Sequence record: NC_018855.1
Reading direction: 5' to 3' (one strand)
Source: Escherichia phage HX01
Length of the DNA: 64,000 bases
Shown here: piece by piece, positions 46,291 through 56,181 of the stretch
Layout: the number at the start of each line of letters is the position of its first letter
Numbering within the stretch: the stretch's first letter is position 1
Notes under the pieces: generated by a model
Database searches by the model: none
What the model was told of the DNA's origin: nothing
Seen by the model: the letters and a program-made list of their open reading frames with translations, nothing else
Program-made: the position numbers and the translations under genes

Positions 46291-47616
46291 ATGCAATTGA
46301 ATTCTCGTAATCTAAAAAGTATTATTGATAACGAAGCCTTAGCATATGCGATGTACACCGTTGAAAACCGTGCAATCCCAAACATGATTGATGGATTTAA
46401 GCCGGTTCAACGTTTTGTGGTTCATCGTGCGTTAGATTTGGCTCGTGGTAATAAAGAAAAATTTCATAAACTTGCGTCAATTGCAGGAGGTGTTGCAGAT
46501 TTAGGTTATCATCATGGCGAATCTTCTGCACAAGATGCAGGTGCATTGATGGCTAACACATGGAACAACAACTATCCGTTGTTAGATGGCCAAGGCAACT
46601 TTGGTTCTCGAACAGTCCAAAAAGCTGCAGCATCTCGTTATATTTTTGCTCGTGTAAGTAAAAATTTCTATAACGTATATAAAGATACTGAATATGCTCC
46701 AGCTCATGAAGATAAAGAACACATTCCGCCAAAATTCTATCTTCCTATTATTCCGACAGTTCTTTTGAATGGCGTCTCTGGTATTGCAACCGGTTACGCA
46801 ACAAATATTCTGCCTCATAGTTTTAAATCAGTCAAAAAGGCTGTATTACAAGCTCTTCAAGGTAAAAATGTCACTAAGCCAAAAGTTGAATTCCCGGAAT
46901 TCCGTGGTGAAGTACATGAAGTTGATGGGCGTTATGAGATTCACGGAACATATAAGTTCACATCTCGCACTCAAATGCAGATAACTGAAATCCCATATAA
47001 ATTCGACCGTGAAACGTATGTGAGTAAGGTTCTTGACCCGTTGGAAGACAAAGGTCTAATCTCATGGGAAGATGATTGTGGTGAACACGGCTTTGGGTTT
47101 AAGGTGAAGTTCCGTAAAGAGTACTCGCTTCCTGATGATGAAGAGCTACGTCATGAAAAAATCATGAAAGATTTTAGTCTCATCGAACGTCGTTCACAAA
47201 ACATCACAGTGATTAATGAAAAGGGTAAATTAGCAGTCTACGATAACGTAGTGGACTTAATCAAAGATTTTGTTGAAGTCCGTAAGACTTACGTTCAGAA
47301 ACGTATTGACAACAAAATCCTTGAATCTGAAAAAGCGTTTAAACTTGCTTTTGCTAAGGCACACTTCATCAAAAAAGTTATTACAGGTGAAATTGTGATT
47401 CAGGGCAAGACTCGTAAAGCTTTGACTGAAGAGCTAGCACAAATCGAAATGTATAAAGAACATGTCGATAAACTGGTAGGTCTTAACATCTTCCATATCA
47501 CTTCCGACGAAGCACGTAAACTAGCAGAAGAAGCTAAAGCTAAGAAAGAAGAAAATGAGTATTGGAAGTCTACCGATGTTGTGACAGAGTACACTAAAGA
47601 CTTGGAGGCACTTTGA
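46291..47616 (+). CDS. 52: gp52 DNA topoisomerase II medium subunit (GyrA-like)
   Basis: 441 aa versus 442 in T4; N-terminus MQLNSRNLKSIIDNEALAYAMYTVENRAIPNMIDGFKPVQR typical of GyrA/ParC-type subunits. Confidence 0.9.
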   Translation: MQLNSRNLKSIIDNEALAYAMYTVENRAIPNMIDGFKPVQRFVVHRALDLARGNKEKFHKLASIAGGVADLGYHHGESSAQDAGALMANTWNNNYPLLDGQGNFGSRTVQKAAASRYIFARVSKNFYNVYKDTEYAPAHEDKEHIPPKFYLPIIPTVLLNGVSGIATGYATNILPHSFKSVKKAVLQALQGKNVTKPKVEFPEFRGEVHEVDGRYEIHGTYKFTSRTQMQITEIPYKFDRETYVSKVLDPLEDKGLISWEDDCGEHGFGFKVKFRKEYSLPDDEELRHEKIMKDFSLIERRSQNITVINEKGKLAVYDNVVDLIKDFVEVRKTYVQKRIDNKILESEKAFKLAFAKAHFIKKVITGEIVIQGKTRKALTEELAQIEMYKEHVDKLVGLNIFHITSDEARKLAEEAKAKKEENEYWKSTDVVTEYTKDLEAL

Positions 47617-47692
47617 GTGCCCTAGCCTTAGGATTTCTCGGTGCAATAGCTGCACTAGTGATTTGGCTGTATTGGTTGGACAAACATGATTA

Positions 47693-47712
47693 GGGAGCTT
47701 CGGCTCCCTTTT
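47693..47712 (+). terminator. rho-independent terminator
   Basis: GGGAGC-ttcg-GCTCCC hairpin followed by TTTT. Confidence 0.6.
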
Positions 47713-47733
47713 GTGCATTTTTCTCACAAAACA

Positions 47734-47762
47734 GTTTACATGTGCTTCAAACATGATATTAT
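47734..47762 (+). promoter_or_regulatory. early promoter with embedded MotA-box-like TGCTTCA
   Basis: GTTTAC, 17-nt spacer containing TGCTTCA, TATTAT; near-identical copy at 48056. Confidence 0.5.
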
Positions 47763-47801
47763 AGACCTATCAAAACAAAACAACCAAATTGGAGAAATAA
47801 A

Positions 47802-48017
47802 ATGTCTAAAATGAAATTAACCCAAAACACAACTACTCGTTTTGGTAAAGTTAAACCTGGTATGAATGCTCCCCGTAAAGCACTTGTTGAAGAATTAAAT
47901 TTCTTAGAAGTTGAAATCAATTCTTTAGTGGTTCGCGGTTCAAATGGACATCGTTTAGAAAAGCTTCGTTCTAAAAAGGCAAAACTTATTGGCCTTATTA
48001 AAGAAATGAGTTTGTAA
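47802..48017 (+). CDS. hypothetical basic protein (71 aa)
   Basis: ATG with GGAGAAATAA ribosome-binding site; shares promoter, leader and first three codons with motA. Confidence 0.5.
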   Translation: MSKMKLTQNTTTRFGKVKPGMNAPRKALVEELNFLEVEINSLVVRGSNGHRLEKLRSKKAKLIGLIKEMSL

Positions 48018-48055
48018 ATTTTACCAGGGCTTTTGGAAAAAGAGCCCAAAATAAA

Positions 48056-48084
48056 GTTTACTTTTGCTTCAAACATGATATTAT
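48056..48084 (+). promoter_or_regulatory. early promoter for motA
   Basis: GTTTAC, 17-nt spacer containing TGCTTCA, TATTAT. Confidence 0.5.
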
Positions 48085-48121
48085 AGACCTATCAAAACAA
48101 ATACTAATTTGGAGAAATAAA

Positions 48122-48754
48122 ATGTCTAAAGTTACTTATATCATCAAAGCTTCTGAAAACGCTCTGAATGAAAAAACTGCTGCAATAATGGTTTATATCA
48201 TTAAGAACAACTTCACCACTGCTGCCAATGTCCGTGAAGCTCTGGAAGCGGAATACAATGCATCGGTTGTTAACTCTAACATTGGTGTATTGATTAAGAA
48301 AGGTTTAGTCGAAAAATCTGGTGATGGACTTATAGCAACAGGCGAAGCAATGGATATTATCCAAAAAGCTGCAGACCTCTTTGCCCAAGAAAATGCTCCA
48401 GAACTTCTTCAGAAACGTAACACTAGAAAAGCACGTGGAGTTACTCCTGAAATGCATGAATTAGCAAACTTTGTTTTTGAAAATATTAAAGATAAAGTTG
48501 AAGTTAAAGAAATTGGTGAAAACCGTAGTAACTTGGAAGTTCGATTTGCAAAACGAGTTCTAGGTATTCGTCAGATCGAAATTCGTCGAAATGGTTCTCT
48601 TAGAATCTTTGCATACAACATGTCAGAAACCGAATCAAAGCTGTTTACTTCTCTTGAAAATGATGTTAAGATTAAGATCGGTGGTAAATATACTTACATT
48701 GACTTCCCTAATGTGTCCAAAGAAATCATTACCCTTGTAACTAACGTACTGTGA
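48122..48754 (+). CDS. motA: MotA middle-transcription activator
   Basis: 210 aa versus 211 in T4; MSKVTYIIKAS...VNSNIGVLIKKGLVEKSGDGLI matches T4 MotA as recalled. Confidence 0.8.
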   Translation: MSKVTYIIKASENALNEKTAAIMVYIIKNNFTTAANVREALEAEYNASVVNSNIGVLIKKGLVEKSGDGLIATGEAMDIIQKAADLFAQENAPELLQKRNTRKARGVTPEMHELANFVFENIKDKVEVKEIGENRSNLEVRFAKRVLGIRQIEIRRNGSLRIFAYNMSETESKLFTSLENDVKIKIGGKYTYIDFPNVSKEIITLVTNVL

Positions 48755-48764
48755 GGAATACATA

Positions 48765-49109
48765 ATGAATAAGCTGAATATTATTAACGAACTTCGTAAA
48801 TGTGCAGAACCTACTCAGGAAGGATGGGATATTTGGTACCACGGGGCTTATCTTGGAACTATAGTTAAAGTTAAAGCTGGGTTATATTTAATTATTCGCG
48901 AAAATTCTGAATTCCCTAATGGAGTAGCTCCTGGCGGTATACGTAAAAACTTTATGGCAGCGATCAGTTCATTTGTTGATGCCGCTTACGAAATCTATAA
49001 AGAAGATTATAAAGAATATCAGCAGTCACAACCGGTTATTCGTTCGATTGGTGTAAATAAACAAGCACAAAAATCTATTTGGCAACGTATTAAGGAATGG
49101 TTTAAATGA
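48765..49109 (+). CDS. hypothetical protein (114 aa)
   Basis: ATG ORF with GAGGAA ribosome-binding site. Confidence 0.5.
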   Translation: MNKLNIINELRKCAEPTQEGWDIWYHGAYLGTIVKVKAGLYLIIRENSEFPNGVAPGGIRKNFMAAISSFVDAAYEIYKEDYKEYQQSQPVIRSIGVNKQAQKSIWQRIKEWFK

Positions 49110-49567
49110 AATCATTTAAAGAACGTTTAGAGCTATTAGATTTGGCCTTGTCTCGTGAGACTCCTGAAAGTCTAGCAGAAAAATTACAGTCCTACGGTTA
49201 TAATTATTCTGCTGATGATGTAATGAATGAAGTTCCTGAAATCTGTTGGCAAACGTGCTATTGGAATAATGACCAAAAAGTTCAACGTGTTATAGTATGT
49301 GCAGCTAATAGGTTTAAATTGAAGAGTGGTGGAACTCTGGTTATTCCTGGAGTTCGTCATTACTCTAAAGATATGGCTGAAGTACTTGATATAGTTGGTC
49401 CTCAATTAGTCTCGCAACAAGTTTGTGGTGACGATCAAGGCTTTATCGACCAATACTCTAATTACTGGACTCGTGAAGAAGCAATGGTTATTGCAACGTA
49501 TGCTGGACAGGTACGTATTGAACGTGGCGGAAGCGAGAAAGAACTTTATTCAGAGGACCTTTATTAA
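49106..49567 (+). CDS. hypothetical protein (153 aa)
   Basis: ATGA-coupled ORF. Confidence 0.5.
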   Translation: MKSFKERLELLDLALSRETPESLAEKLQSYGYNYSADDVMNEVPEICWQTCYWNNDQKVQRVIVCAANRFKLKSGGTLVIPGVRHYSKDMAEVLDIVGPQLVSQQVCGDDQGFIDQYSNYWTREEAMVIATYAGQVRIERGGSEKELYSEDLY

Positions 49568-49848
49568 TGAATATTAAACAACTCCAGAAAGATGCTATTG
49601 AATCACGCATCCAAGATATCAAACGTCTTAATCATATGATGGAAGAAAACTATGGTATGTATGCTAATCAGCCTGGTTGGGACGCTTTAGACCATCCTTA
49701 TTTGGTTAATTTATGTAAAGGTGATACGTTAGCAATTATTCGTGATGGGTTAAAACCTTTCTTACGCGACATGTATATTAAAATGAACGAAGAAATTATT
49801 AGCTCGTTGCAATATCAATTAAGGAAATTAGATGATGAGAATAATTGA
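49567..49848 (+). CDS. hypothetical protein (93 aa)
   Basis: TAATG-coupled ORF. Confidence 0.45.
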   Translation: MNIKQLQKDAIESRIQDIKRLNHMMEENYGMYANQPGWDALDHPYLVNLCKGDTLAIIRDGLKPFLRDMYIKMNEEIISSLQYQLRKLDDENN

Positions 49849-50050
49849 TTCTAAAGCAGATTATTTTAATTCTGTTAATGATAAGAATAAAGCTTTAATT
49901 CGCCACTTTATTACTGAGATGGGATACACTGACTCTAAAGATTTGAAAGAGCACATTATCGAATGTTCTGTGGCTAAAAAGTTTTCTTTTACCGATAAAT
50001 GTTTAAACGAGGTTATAAAGCATTATGAACAATCTTGTAGCAAAACATAA
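49832..50050 (+). CDS. hypothetical protein (72 aa)
   Basis: ATG ORF overlapping the upstream ORF by 17 nt. Confidence 0.4.
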   Translation: MMRIIDSKADYFNSVNDKNKALIRHFITEMGYTDSKDLKEHIIECSVAKKFSFTDKCLNEVIKHYEQSCSKT

Positions 50051-50133
50051 TTTCAATAAGGCTTCTGTTCATAAGGACAAGAAGAAATCAGAACTTCAAT
50101 CTAAACGTAAACAAAAACATAAGGGTAAAGACT

Positions 50134-50433
50134 ATGCTTATTAAAATCAAAGAAAATCCTGCAACTGAACTTGTTATTCGATGCGAAGAACTTGCAGAGC
50201 TTTATCAGGTTAACCGAGAAGTATATCGTAGTGTTGTTGCAGATATGGCAGACGAAGTATGTTCTCGTATTCCTTTTAGTGTTGATTTCAATCACATGAA
50301 GCCTGGTGAAATCACTATCGTCTTTGGTTCTGACTATACTGAAGAACGGGCTCTTAATGCCCTAGAATATGAAATGTCGTTCTTCGACATACAGGACTAT
50401 ATTGATAGTTATAAGGAACGATATGAGTCATAA
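50134..50433 (+). CDS. hypothetical acidic protein (99 aa)
   Basis: ATG ORF in the position where T4 has arn; identity not established. Confidence 0.45.
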   Translation: MLIKIKENPATELVIRCEELAELYQVNREVYRSVVADMADEVCSRIPFSVDFNHMKPGEITIVFGSDYTEERALNALEYEMSFFDIQDYIDSYKERYES

Positions 50434-50584
50434 TCTTCAGAACGTAGTAGAGGCCGAACGTGAGCGTGAGGCTTTAGTCTATAATGAACTATTAGTTCCG
50501 TTCTTGGCCTTACACTCGTACGAACAGGAAGACTACACCAATTACGTTAAAAGCGTAGAAAAAGCCATTTACAATCAACACTGA
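50423..50584 (+). CDS. hypothetical protein (53 aa)
   Basis: Track ORF 50369-50584 trimmed to ATG 50423 with AAGGAA ribosome-binding site. Confidence 0.3.
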   Translation: MSHNLQNVVEAEREREALVYNELLVPFLALHSYEQEDYTNYVKSVEKAIYNQH

Positions 50585-50630
50585 TAATGGTACTATATCC
50601 ATATCAACTAAGTGGAATGAATAAAACGTT

Positions 50631-50903
50631 ATGAATAAAGACATTGAAATCGTACGTGAAATTATTACTATTGCTTCTATTTTGATTAAATTCTCTAGGG
50701 AAGATATTGTTGAAGACCGAGCAAGTTTCATCGGATTCTTGAATGAGATTGGAATTAAAAAAGATGGTCGGCAGCTAAATCAGAATTCGTTCAGAAAACT
50801 AATTACAAATTTAACTGCCGAAGAAAAGAAAACACTGATTAGTGAATTCAACGAAGGTTTTGAAAATATTTATCGTCATTTAGCGATGTATTCTAACAAC
50901 TAA
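50631..50903 (+). CDS. asiA: AsiA anti-sigma-70 factor
   Basis: 90 aa; MNKDIEIVREIITIASILIKFSREDIVEDRASFIGFLNEIG closely matches T4 AsiA. Confidence 0.85.
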   Translation: MNKDIEIVREIITIASILIKFSREDIVEDRASFIGFLNEIGIKKDGRQLNQNSFRKLITNLTAEEKKTLISEFNEGFENIYRHLAMYSNN

Positions 50904-51563
50904 TTATTTGGCCCTTCCTAGTATTCGGACCGCTTGGTTGCATATAGCCGCTAAGCGATCCTCCTCAAGTATATTATTCCCCTTATACCAATACATCGTC
51001 ACAGTTCCAGCATAGATGTTATCCAAATTAAAGTATGGACAACTATACATATAAGAAAGTTCGGCAGTCTTAGATTTTGTAGGCAAAAATGCAAATTCTG
51101 ATTTAGATGAGAAATGACGGCCACTTAAATGAATTATATATTCATTGGCCGTTTTATCCACCGGGAATCCACCAAGGGACTTTTCAGAAATTGTGCTAGG
51201 TAGTTTGCCTTCATAAGCTATAAGGTCGACAAAATAATTTAAGTTTTTAGGTCTGAAAGAATACACAGCACTAAAATCTGCACCAGATGAGATATGAACT
51301 ATTTGCAGTTGTTCTAGAGCCGCAGATTCAAAACGTAAAGCTCGTTCTTTTTGGATTATTTCAGTATAAGTATCATACTTAGCTCTTACGTAATAATCCA
51401 GCAAAATACTTCCTTTGTACCATATTAGTGCCATTAGGAACAAAAGAATAATTACCGCTACTCGTGACATTAAAACCTTTCCAGTAGCGTTATCTTTGAA
51501 AATACGATCTAGCAACCCAAATAGAATATCACTAGGTGAAAATGACACTTTTGGTGTTGCCAT
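50904..51563 (-). CDS. t: holin T
   Basis: 219 aa; MATPKVSFSPSDILFGLLDRIFKDNATGKVL and the C-terminal periplasmic domain closely match T4 holin T; convergent with asiA. Confidence 0.9.
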   Translation of the reverse strand: MATPKVSFSPSDILFGLLDRIFKDNATGKVLMSRVAVIILLFLMALIWYKGSILLDYYVRAKYDTYTEIIQKERALRFESAALEQLQIVHISSGADFSAVYSFRPKNLNYFVDLIAYEGKLPSTISEKSLGGFPVDKTANEYIIHLSGRHFSSKSEFAFLPTKSKTAELSYMYSCPYFNLDNIYAGTVTMYWYKGNNILEEDRLAAICNQAVRILGRAK

Positions 51564-51572
51564 AATACCTCC

Positions 51573-52124
51573 TTACTTAAAGATATTTATAATCGCTTTG
51601 AAAATAGATTTGTTTTCAAGGTCAGGGAATTTAGGGAATTCGCCGCCAAGATGTTCATGTTTTTCTAAAAGGGCAAAGAATTTTTTGAGCTCTTTAAATT
51701 TTCGTTTTTCTTCTCTATTAGCAACCTCTGCGTCAATAAGAGAACTTAAAACACCGAATAATTTATAGAGTTCATGAATTTTCTTGTCACGTTGAACTAC
51801 GCGTTTATATGCTTCATCTTCCTTCCACCCGTCACCGGACCAAATGTCAAATTCACCAGGTTCTTCTGTAGTAACATTTTGAAGAGTACCTGGAGTGTCA
51901 ATAACAATTTTTTGCTTATCATAAGTCCATACTGTTTTTCCACGATGGTCTTCGACATATACCCATTCTTGTTCGCGTTCATCAAATACAACAGCATAGC
52001 CTTCTTTAGGGTCTAAAGGTTTTTTTGGTGTCGAATGAGCCGGAAATCCTACGCCTTTTAATGGTTTATAATTTTCTTCTTTGTAAAATTCTTTAGTGTC
52101 AAAATAATAGTGATAGAGTTTCAT
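51573..52124 (-). CDS. 38: gp38 long-tail-fiber assembly protein (T4-type)
   Basis: 183 aa; MKLYHYYFDTKEFYKEENYKP...FALLEKHEHLGGEFP matches T4 gp38. Confidence 0.85.
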   Translation of the reverse strand: MKLYHYYFDTKEFYKEENYKPLKGVGFPAHSTPKKPLDPKEGYAVVFDEREQEWVYVEDHRGKTVWTYDKQKIVIDTPGTLQNVTTEEPGEFDIWSGDGWKEDEAYKRVVQRDKKIHELYKLFGVLSSLIDAEVANREEKRKFKELKKFFALLEKHEHLGGEFPKFPDLENKSIFKAIINIFK

Positions 52125-52154
52125 ATTATAAAAAGGGACCGAAGTCCCTTCTCC

Positions 52155-55100
52155 TTATGCTAAACGAACGATATAGTTAAAAGCAACGTTTTTAACTGTG
52201 TTTTCTGTATTTCCTGTGGCATTTACAGTTATTGTATGTCCATGGGAACCAATTGCAACAGTATGAGAATGAGCACCAATACCCACAGTATGCGTATGAG
52301 CACCAATACCCACAGTATGAGCATGGTTACCCGTAGCGCTAGTAGTTCCTGACCAACTATGAGTGTGGGCACCATCTGAAGAAGTTTTGGCTATATTCGA
52401 CCCTGCAGTAGCACCATTCACGGTTCCAGTGAATTTAGCGTTGGCGTTTGCACCTACACTATTATATCCGTCATAGAATATGTTATTGGGTATGCCGGCT
52501 TGTATCTGAGGGCCTGAACGCGCGTGTTGGTGCGCACCGGCGGAACTAGTATTACCGCTCACTGTATGGTTATGGTTACCAGTGGTATTACTGGTCTTAG
52601 TACCATAATCAAAGCTTGAAGTCGTTTTGCTACCGTAATCAAAACTAGAAGTGGTCTTAGTACCCAAATCCGTGTTTGATGCACTTGCACTATGGCTATG
52701 TGACTTAACACCGTCTGCTTCTGTACTTAATACAGCACGCCCAGATGGTTTACCCTTGATAGTTTGACCACGCATATCAGGCAGAGAGCCGGAAGGATAC
52801 ACAGCAGCTAACTTAGGATACAAGCCAGCATCAAATGTTTGACCTTCCATTATGGCGTAACCTTCAGGAGGTGTATCAGTAGGCCAAGGAATCGGAGCAC
52901 CAATTGGATAACTTGAGACAATATCCGTCTTAAGGTTATTTATTGTGGTATTCAAGTTAGCAAAATTGCCAGAACCACCGGTGATATTACCATCAGTACC
53001 AATACGAACATTACCAGCGCCTAATTTACCAGGAGAGTAAAAATCACCGTTTTTATTAAATTCCCAACCTAAATCCTTTATAATTGCGCCAGTAGAACCG
53101 CCATCGCCACCTTCGTGATAATGAACTCTAAAGTTACCACCATTAATTAAAGTACCAATAGAATAGCAACTATTATTTTGAACGTATCTTTGTTTCACAA
53201 TAGGAACATAAGTGCTTGTATCTGTTCTATCAATATTCATATAGAAAGGAGCACGAACGTTTTCATTATTTTGTGAAGCAAAAGAACCGGCTCCAGCTGG
53301 GCGAACAGCATCAGTACATTCTGCATCAATGTACGCCGACTGACCTATCTGCATTCTGAAATTAGGAGAAATGCGACTATTACTAGTAACAACAACAAGT
53401 TTGTTATCGTTGTCCACAGTAATCATATTACCACCAGCACCATCATCGCCTAACGTAACAGAATGACGCATTTGCACCATACCATTATTAAGGCTAATAC
53501 TAAGCGGGCGGAGATTACTTATTCCACCACTTTCACCTGCATCTTTAAGTGTAGGTATAATATACAAAGACGCTTCAGAACGACGGAAAATAGCTCCATA
53601 TTCAGCATTGTAAATACGGAAAGCATCTGCGGTATTACCGATTTTAACTTGACCTGTAATAGAACCACCGCCGGATAAAACAAGCCCGTTATCCATAGTA
53701 ACTTGTCCGGATAATGTACTTAATCCATTAACTCTAAGACTTCCATCGGTGATAATGCTCCCTCTTGCATTCAGTTGTCCATTAATTTGTGTTACAACAG
53801 GTCCCACAGTTTCTGAACCGGTTGGAGCCACACGCTGTGAATAAAAATAATATCCTTGTCCGTCAGCTACTTCAAAAACTGTTTCACGATTACGATCGCC
53901 GGATGCGTTAAATGAATTACCCCATGCTTTAACAGTTACATAACTCTTATTCTGACCTGCTCGAGTACCGCCTTCCCACATGATTTGCTTAGTGCCGTCA
54001 ATACCTGAAGCTGCTTTAAAAACTAGAGAAGCATTAGTTCCATCACCATTAAAATATAATCCATTATTAAGCTTTAACGTTTGAACAGAAGCGACGGTAC
54101 CATCAGCACGCAAACTTAATGTATTTGAACTAGTTTTAATATCTAAAATTCCTGGTTCAACAATAAGTCCTTCGGCCATGCCAACAGCCATACGACCTGT
54201 ACCACGGAAATAGTGATACATCTTGGCATTGCTGCTATAACCTATATGAGTCTGACCATCGCCGTTATTATTACCATCAATATCGGTGCGTGCGGTAAAC
54301 ATTGCTTGGTTGTTATTTGGAAAATCCCAGGTAGAACCGGAATCTCGACTATAACCAACCATCAATTTTTTAGTACTGTTAATACCGTTATTAAGAATAG
54401 TGCCGGCAGAAATACCATTCGCAACTAAATCGATAACCCCGTCACGAACCCATTTAATACCAGTATCATTGTCACCAATTGCAATACCTTTACCAAACGA
54501 AACCAATGGATAACGTCCTTGGTCACCAACATCAGCAAGACCTATACCTATCGAATTAGCAACAGACATACGCCCATCTGTGGTATAAGACCATTGATAA
54601 ACTTCAGCATTACGTCCCGTCCAATACGAAATATTCTGTGGTTTACCTGAACGAGCATCAGCAACTTCATGGAAAATAGCAGAAGAAACATGTCCGCGGA
54701 ATTTACGAAGGTAGTTTATACCATTAGTATCCAAATCCGTTTCGGTTGGAGTATACTGCCAAGTCGGTAATGAAACTAAATCATATGCAGTATCAATATT
54801 AGTGTCCCAAGATTTAGTGCTCACATTGATATTTTTGGTAATAACTTTAGGACCAATTAAAGAACCAGCTTTAGTTTCAATATTACTTTGAGTAACTAAA
54901 TATCCATTAGATACTAATAAACTTCCGGAATCAACTTGAAAATTACCGTTTCGATTAAAAGTCCAGTATTTTGAAGTCCCGGTTTCATCAATATAATGGA
55001 ATTTAAAACTACCTTCGTTTACTAATGTACCAGCAGAAAAAGTTCCATCTTTATAGCGTTGTTTAATCAGCGGATGGTATTCTGAAACAGAAGTAGTTGA

Positions 55101-55448
55101 ACTTAAATCTGTAAAGATAGGGGCTTTATTCAAATGTTGGTTGGCCCAACGAGCACCATTTCCAGCGGTTTTAGGTAAAAATTCAATATACTTACCGGCG
55201 TAAACGAACATATTACCATTGAGGTTAAATGTGCCGTTTTGTAAATAATCACCATTTTGAGTTACATTACCGTTAATATCCCCGCCCTTAGCAAAGCCTA
55301 GGCTAATAATATTACCGAGGTCATCTTTAGTAAAAAGAGTTCGATCTTTTAAGTTTATCGCTAATTCGCCTTCGGCTAATTGTGCCGCAGTAGGATTAAC
55401 TCCTGCTACTTTGCTTCTTTTAAATTGTATCTGTTTTAATGTAGCCAT
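52155..55448 (-). CDS. 37: gp37 long tail fiber distal subunit (receptor-binding)
   Basis: 1097 aa; Gly/Asn/Thr-rich fibrous protein with C-terminal His-x-His repeats ([16 protein letters not shown]) like the T4 gp37 tip; syntenic between genes 36 and 38. Confidence 0.85.
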   Translation of the reverse strand: MATLKQIQFKRSKVAGVNPTAAQLAEGELAINLKDRTLFTKDDLGNIISLGFAKGGDINGNVTQNGDYLQNGTFNLNGNMFVYAGKYIEFLPKTAGNGARWANQHLNKAPIFTDLSSTTSVSEYHPLIKQRYKDGTFSAGTLVNEGSFKFHYIDETGTSKYWTFNRNGNFQVDSGSLLVSNGYLVTQSNIETKAGSLIGPKVITKNINVSTKSWDTNIDTAYDLVSLPTWQYTPTETDLDTNGINYLRKFRGHVSSAIFHEVADARSGKPQNISYWTGRNAEVYQWSYTTDGRMSVANSIGIGLADVGDQGRYPLVSFGKGIAIGDNDTGIKWVRDGVIDLVANGISAGTILNNGINSTKKLMVGYSRDSGSTWDFPNNNQAMFTARTDIDGNNNGDGQTHIGYSSNAKMYHYFRGTGRMAVGMAEGLIVEPGILDIKTSSNTLSLRADGTVASVQTLKLNNGLYFNGDGTNASLVFKAASGIDGTKQIMWEGGTRAGQNKSYVTVKAWGNSFNASGDRNRETVFEVADGQGYYFYSQRVAPTGSETVGPVVTQINGQLNARGSIITDGSLRVNGLSTLSGQVTMDNGLVLSGGGSITGQVKIGNTADAFRIYNAEYGAIFRRSEASLYIIPTLKDAGESGGISNLRPLSISLNNGMVQMRHSVTLGDDGAGGNMITVDNDNKLVVVTSNSRISPNFRMQIGQSAYIDAECTDAVRPAGAGSFASQNNENVRAPFYMNIDRTDTSTYVPIVKQRYVQNNSCYSIGTLINGGNFRVHYHEGGDGGSTGAIIKDLGWEFNKNGDFYSPGKLGAGNVRIGTDGNITGGSGNFANLNTTINNLKTDIVSSYPIGAPIPWPTDTPPEGYAIMEGQTFDAGLYPKLAAVYPSGSLPDMRGQTIKGKPSGRAVLSTEADGVKSHSHSASASNTDLGTKTTSSFDYGSKTTSSFDYGTKTSNTTGNHNHTVSGNTSSAGAHQHARSGPQIQAGIPNNIFYDGYNSVGANANAKFTGTVNGATAGSNIAKTSSDGAHTHSWSGTTSATGNHAHTVGIGAHTHTVGIGAHSHTVAIGSHGHTITVNATGNTENTVKNVAFNYIVRLA

Positions 55449-55456
55449 AAGTCCTC

Positions 55457-56119
55457 TTAATAATAGCCGAAATCTTGAACAGAATCTTTAATTACAATCT
55501 GGTCGAAACGAGGAACATGATTAGCCTCGGATGCCGGATTCTGTGAGAAAAAGTTTGGTGCTGTTAAAGTACCAGTCATGGTGTCGCCTTTACGCAATAC
55601 ACGGGAATTTGCGTTATCCGTAACAATATTTATTCGTCCATCAACATAGTCCTTTCTAGTAAGGTCATTCGCTGCTACAGGAGCAGTAGCGTTAGAACGA
55701 ACAGGACCGGTTGCATAAAAACCGCCCTTAGTGCTGACATCACCGGTACGAGCGTTAATAACAACAGTTCGTTCTGCTGAACCTTGTGATGATTTAAAAC
55801 CAATACCATTCCATGAAACGATGTCAATATTTGCCATAGCAAAAGTAGCTGCATCACCGTTACCTGGATAAACACCGCACTGTTGACTACTACCTATAGT
55901 AGGAACATGTACGCCTCCATTAAATCGAACGGTCGCGCCGTAAGTACCACCATTAGCTTTAGAAACGAAATCGTTATCAGCCGCTTGTGGTTTATTATAT
56001 TCTGAATAGAGTTTAAACGTTTTATACAGGACGTCATCACCTGCTGGCATTAAAGGGAAATTACCTTGATGCCATATGACAGCACCGCCAGTTGTACTAC
56101 CAGCTTTTAAATCGGCCAT
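55457..56119 (-). CDS. 36: gp36 long tail fiber hinge connector
   Basis: 220 aa (T4 221); position between genes 35 and 37; AAGGAGA ribosome-binding site on minus strand. Confidence 0.8.
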   Translation of the reverse strand: MADLKAGSTTGGAVIWHQGNFPLMPAGDDVLYKTFKLYSEYNKPQAADNDFVSKANGGTYGATVRFNGGVHVPTIGSSQQCGVYPGNGDAATFAMANIDIVSWNGIGFKSSQGSAERTVVINARTGDVSTKGGFYATGPVRSNATAPVAANDLTRKDYVDGRINIVTDNANSRVLRKGDTMTGTLTAPNFFSQNPASEANHVPRFDQIVIKDSVQDFGYY

Positions 56120-56143
56120 AGTTGTCTCCTTATATGTATACCA

Positions 56144-56151
56144 TATTTATA
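56144..56151 (-). promoter_or_regulatory. late promoter (TATAAATA) for gene 36
   Basis: Plus-strand TATTTATA = minus-strand TATAAATA, about 25 nt upstream of the gene 36 ATG. Confidence 0.55.
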
Positions 56152-56152
56152 C

Positions 56153-56176
56153 AAAAATGGGAGACCGAAGTCTCCC
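56153..56176 (-). terminator. rho-independent terminator after gene 35
   Basis: GGGAGAC-cgaa-GTCTCCC palindrome followed on the minus strand by a T tract. Confidence 0.55.
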
Positions 56177-56181
56177 TAAAT

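Noticed and set aside
47596-47679. 27-aa TTG-initiated hydrophobic micro-ORF overlapping the gene 52 stop
   Set aside because: Non-ATG start, very short, directly followed by the terminator; not reportable without expression data.
50025-50144. 39-aa highly basic ORF
   Set aside because: Overlaps flanking ORFs in another frame and lacks a ribosome-binding site.
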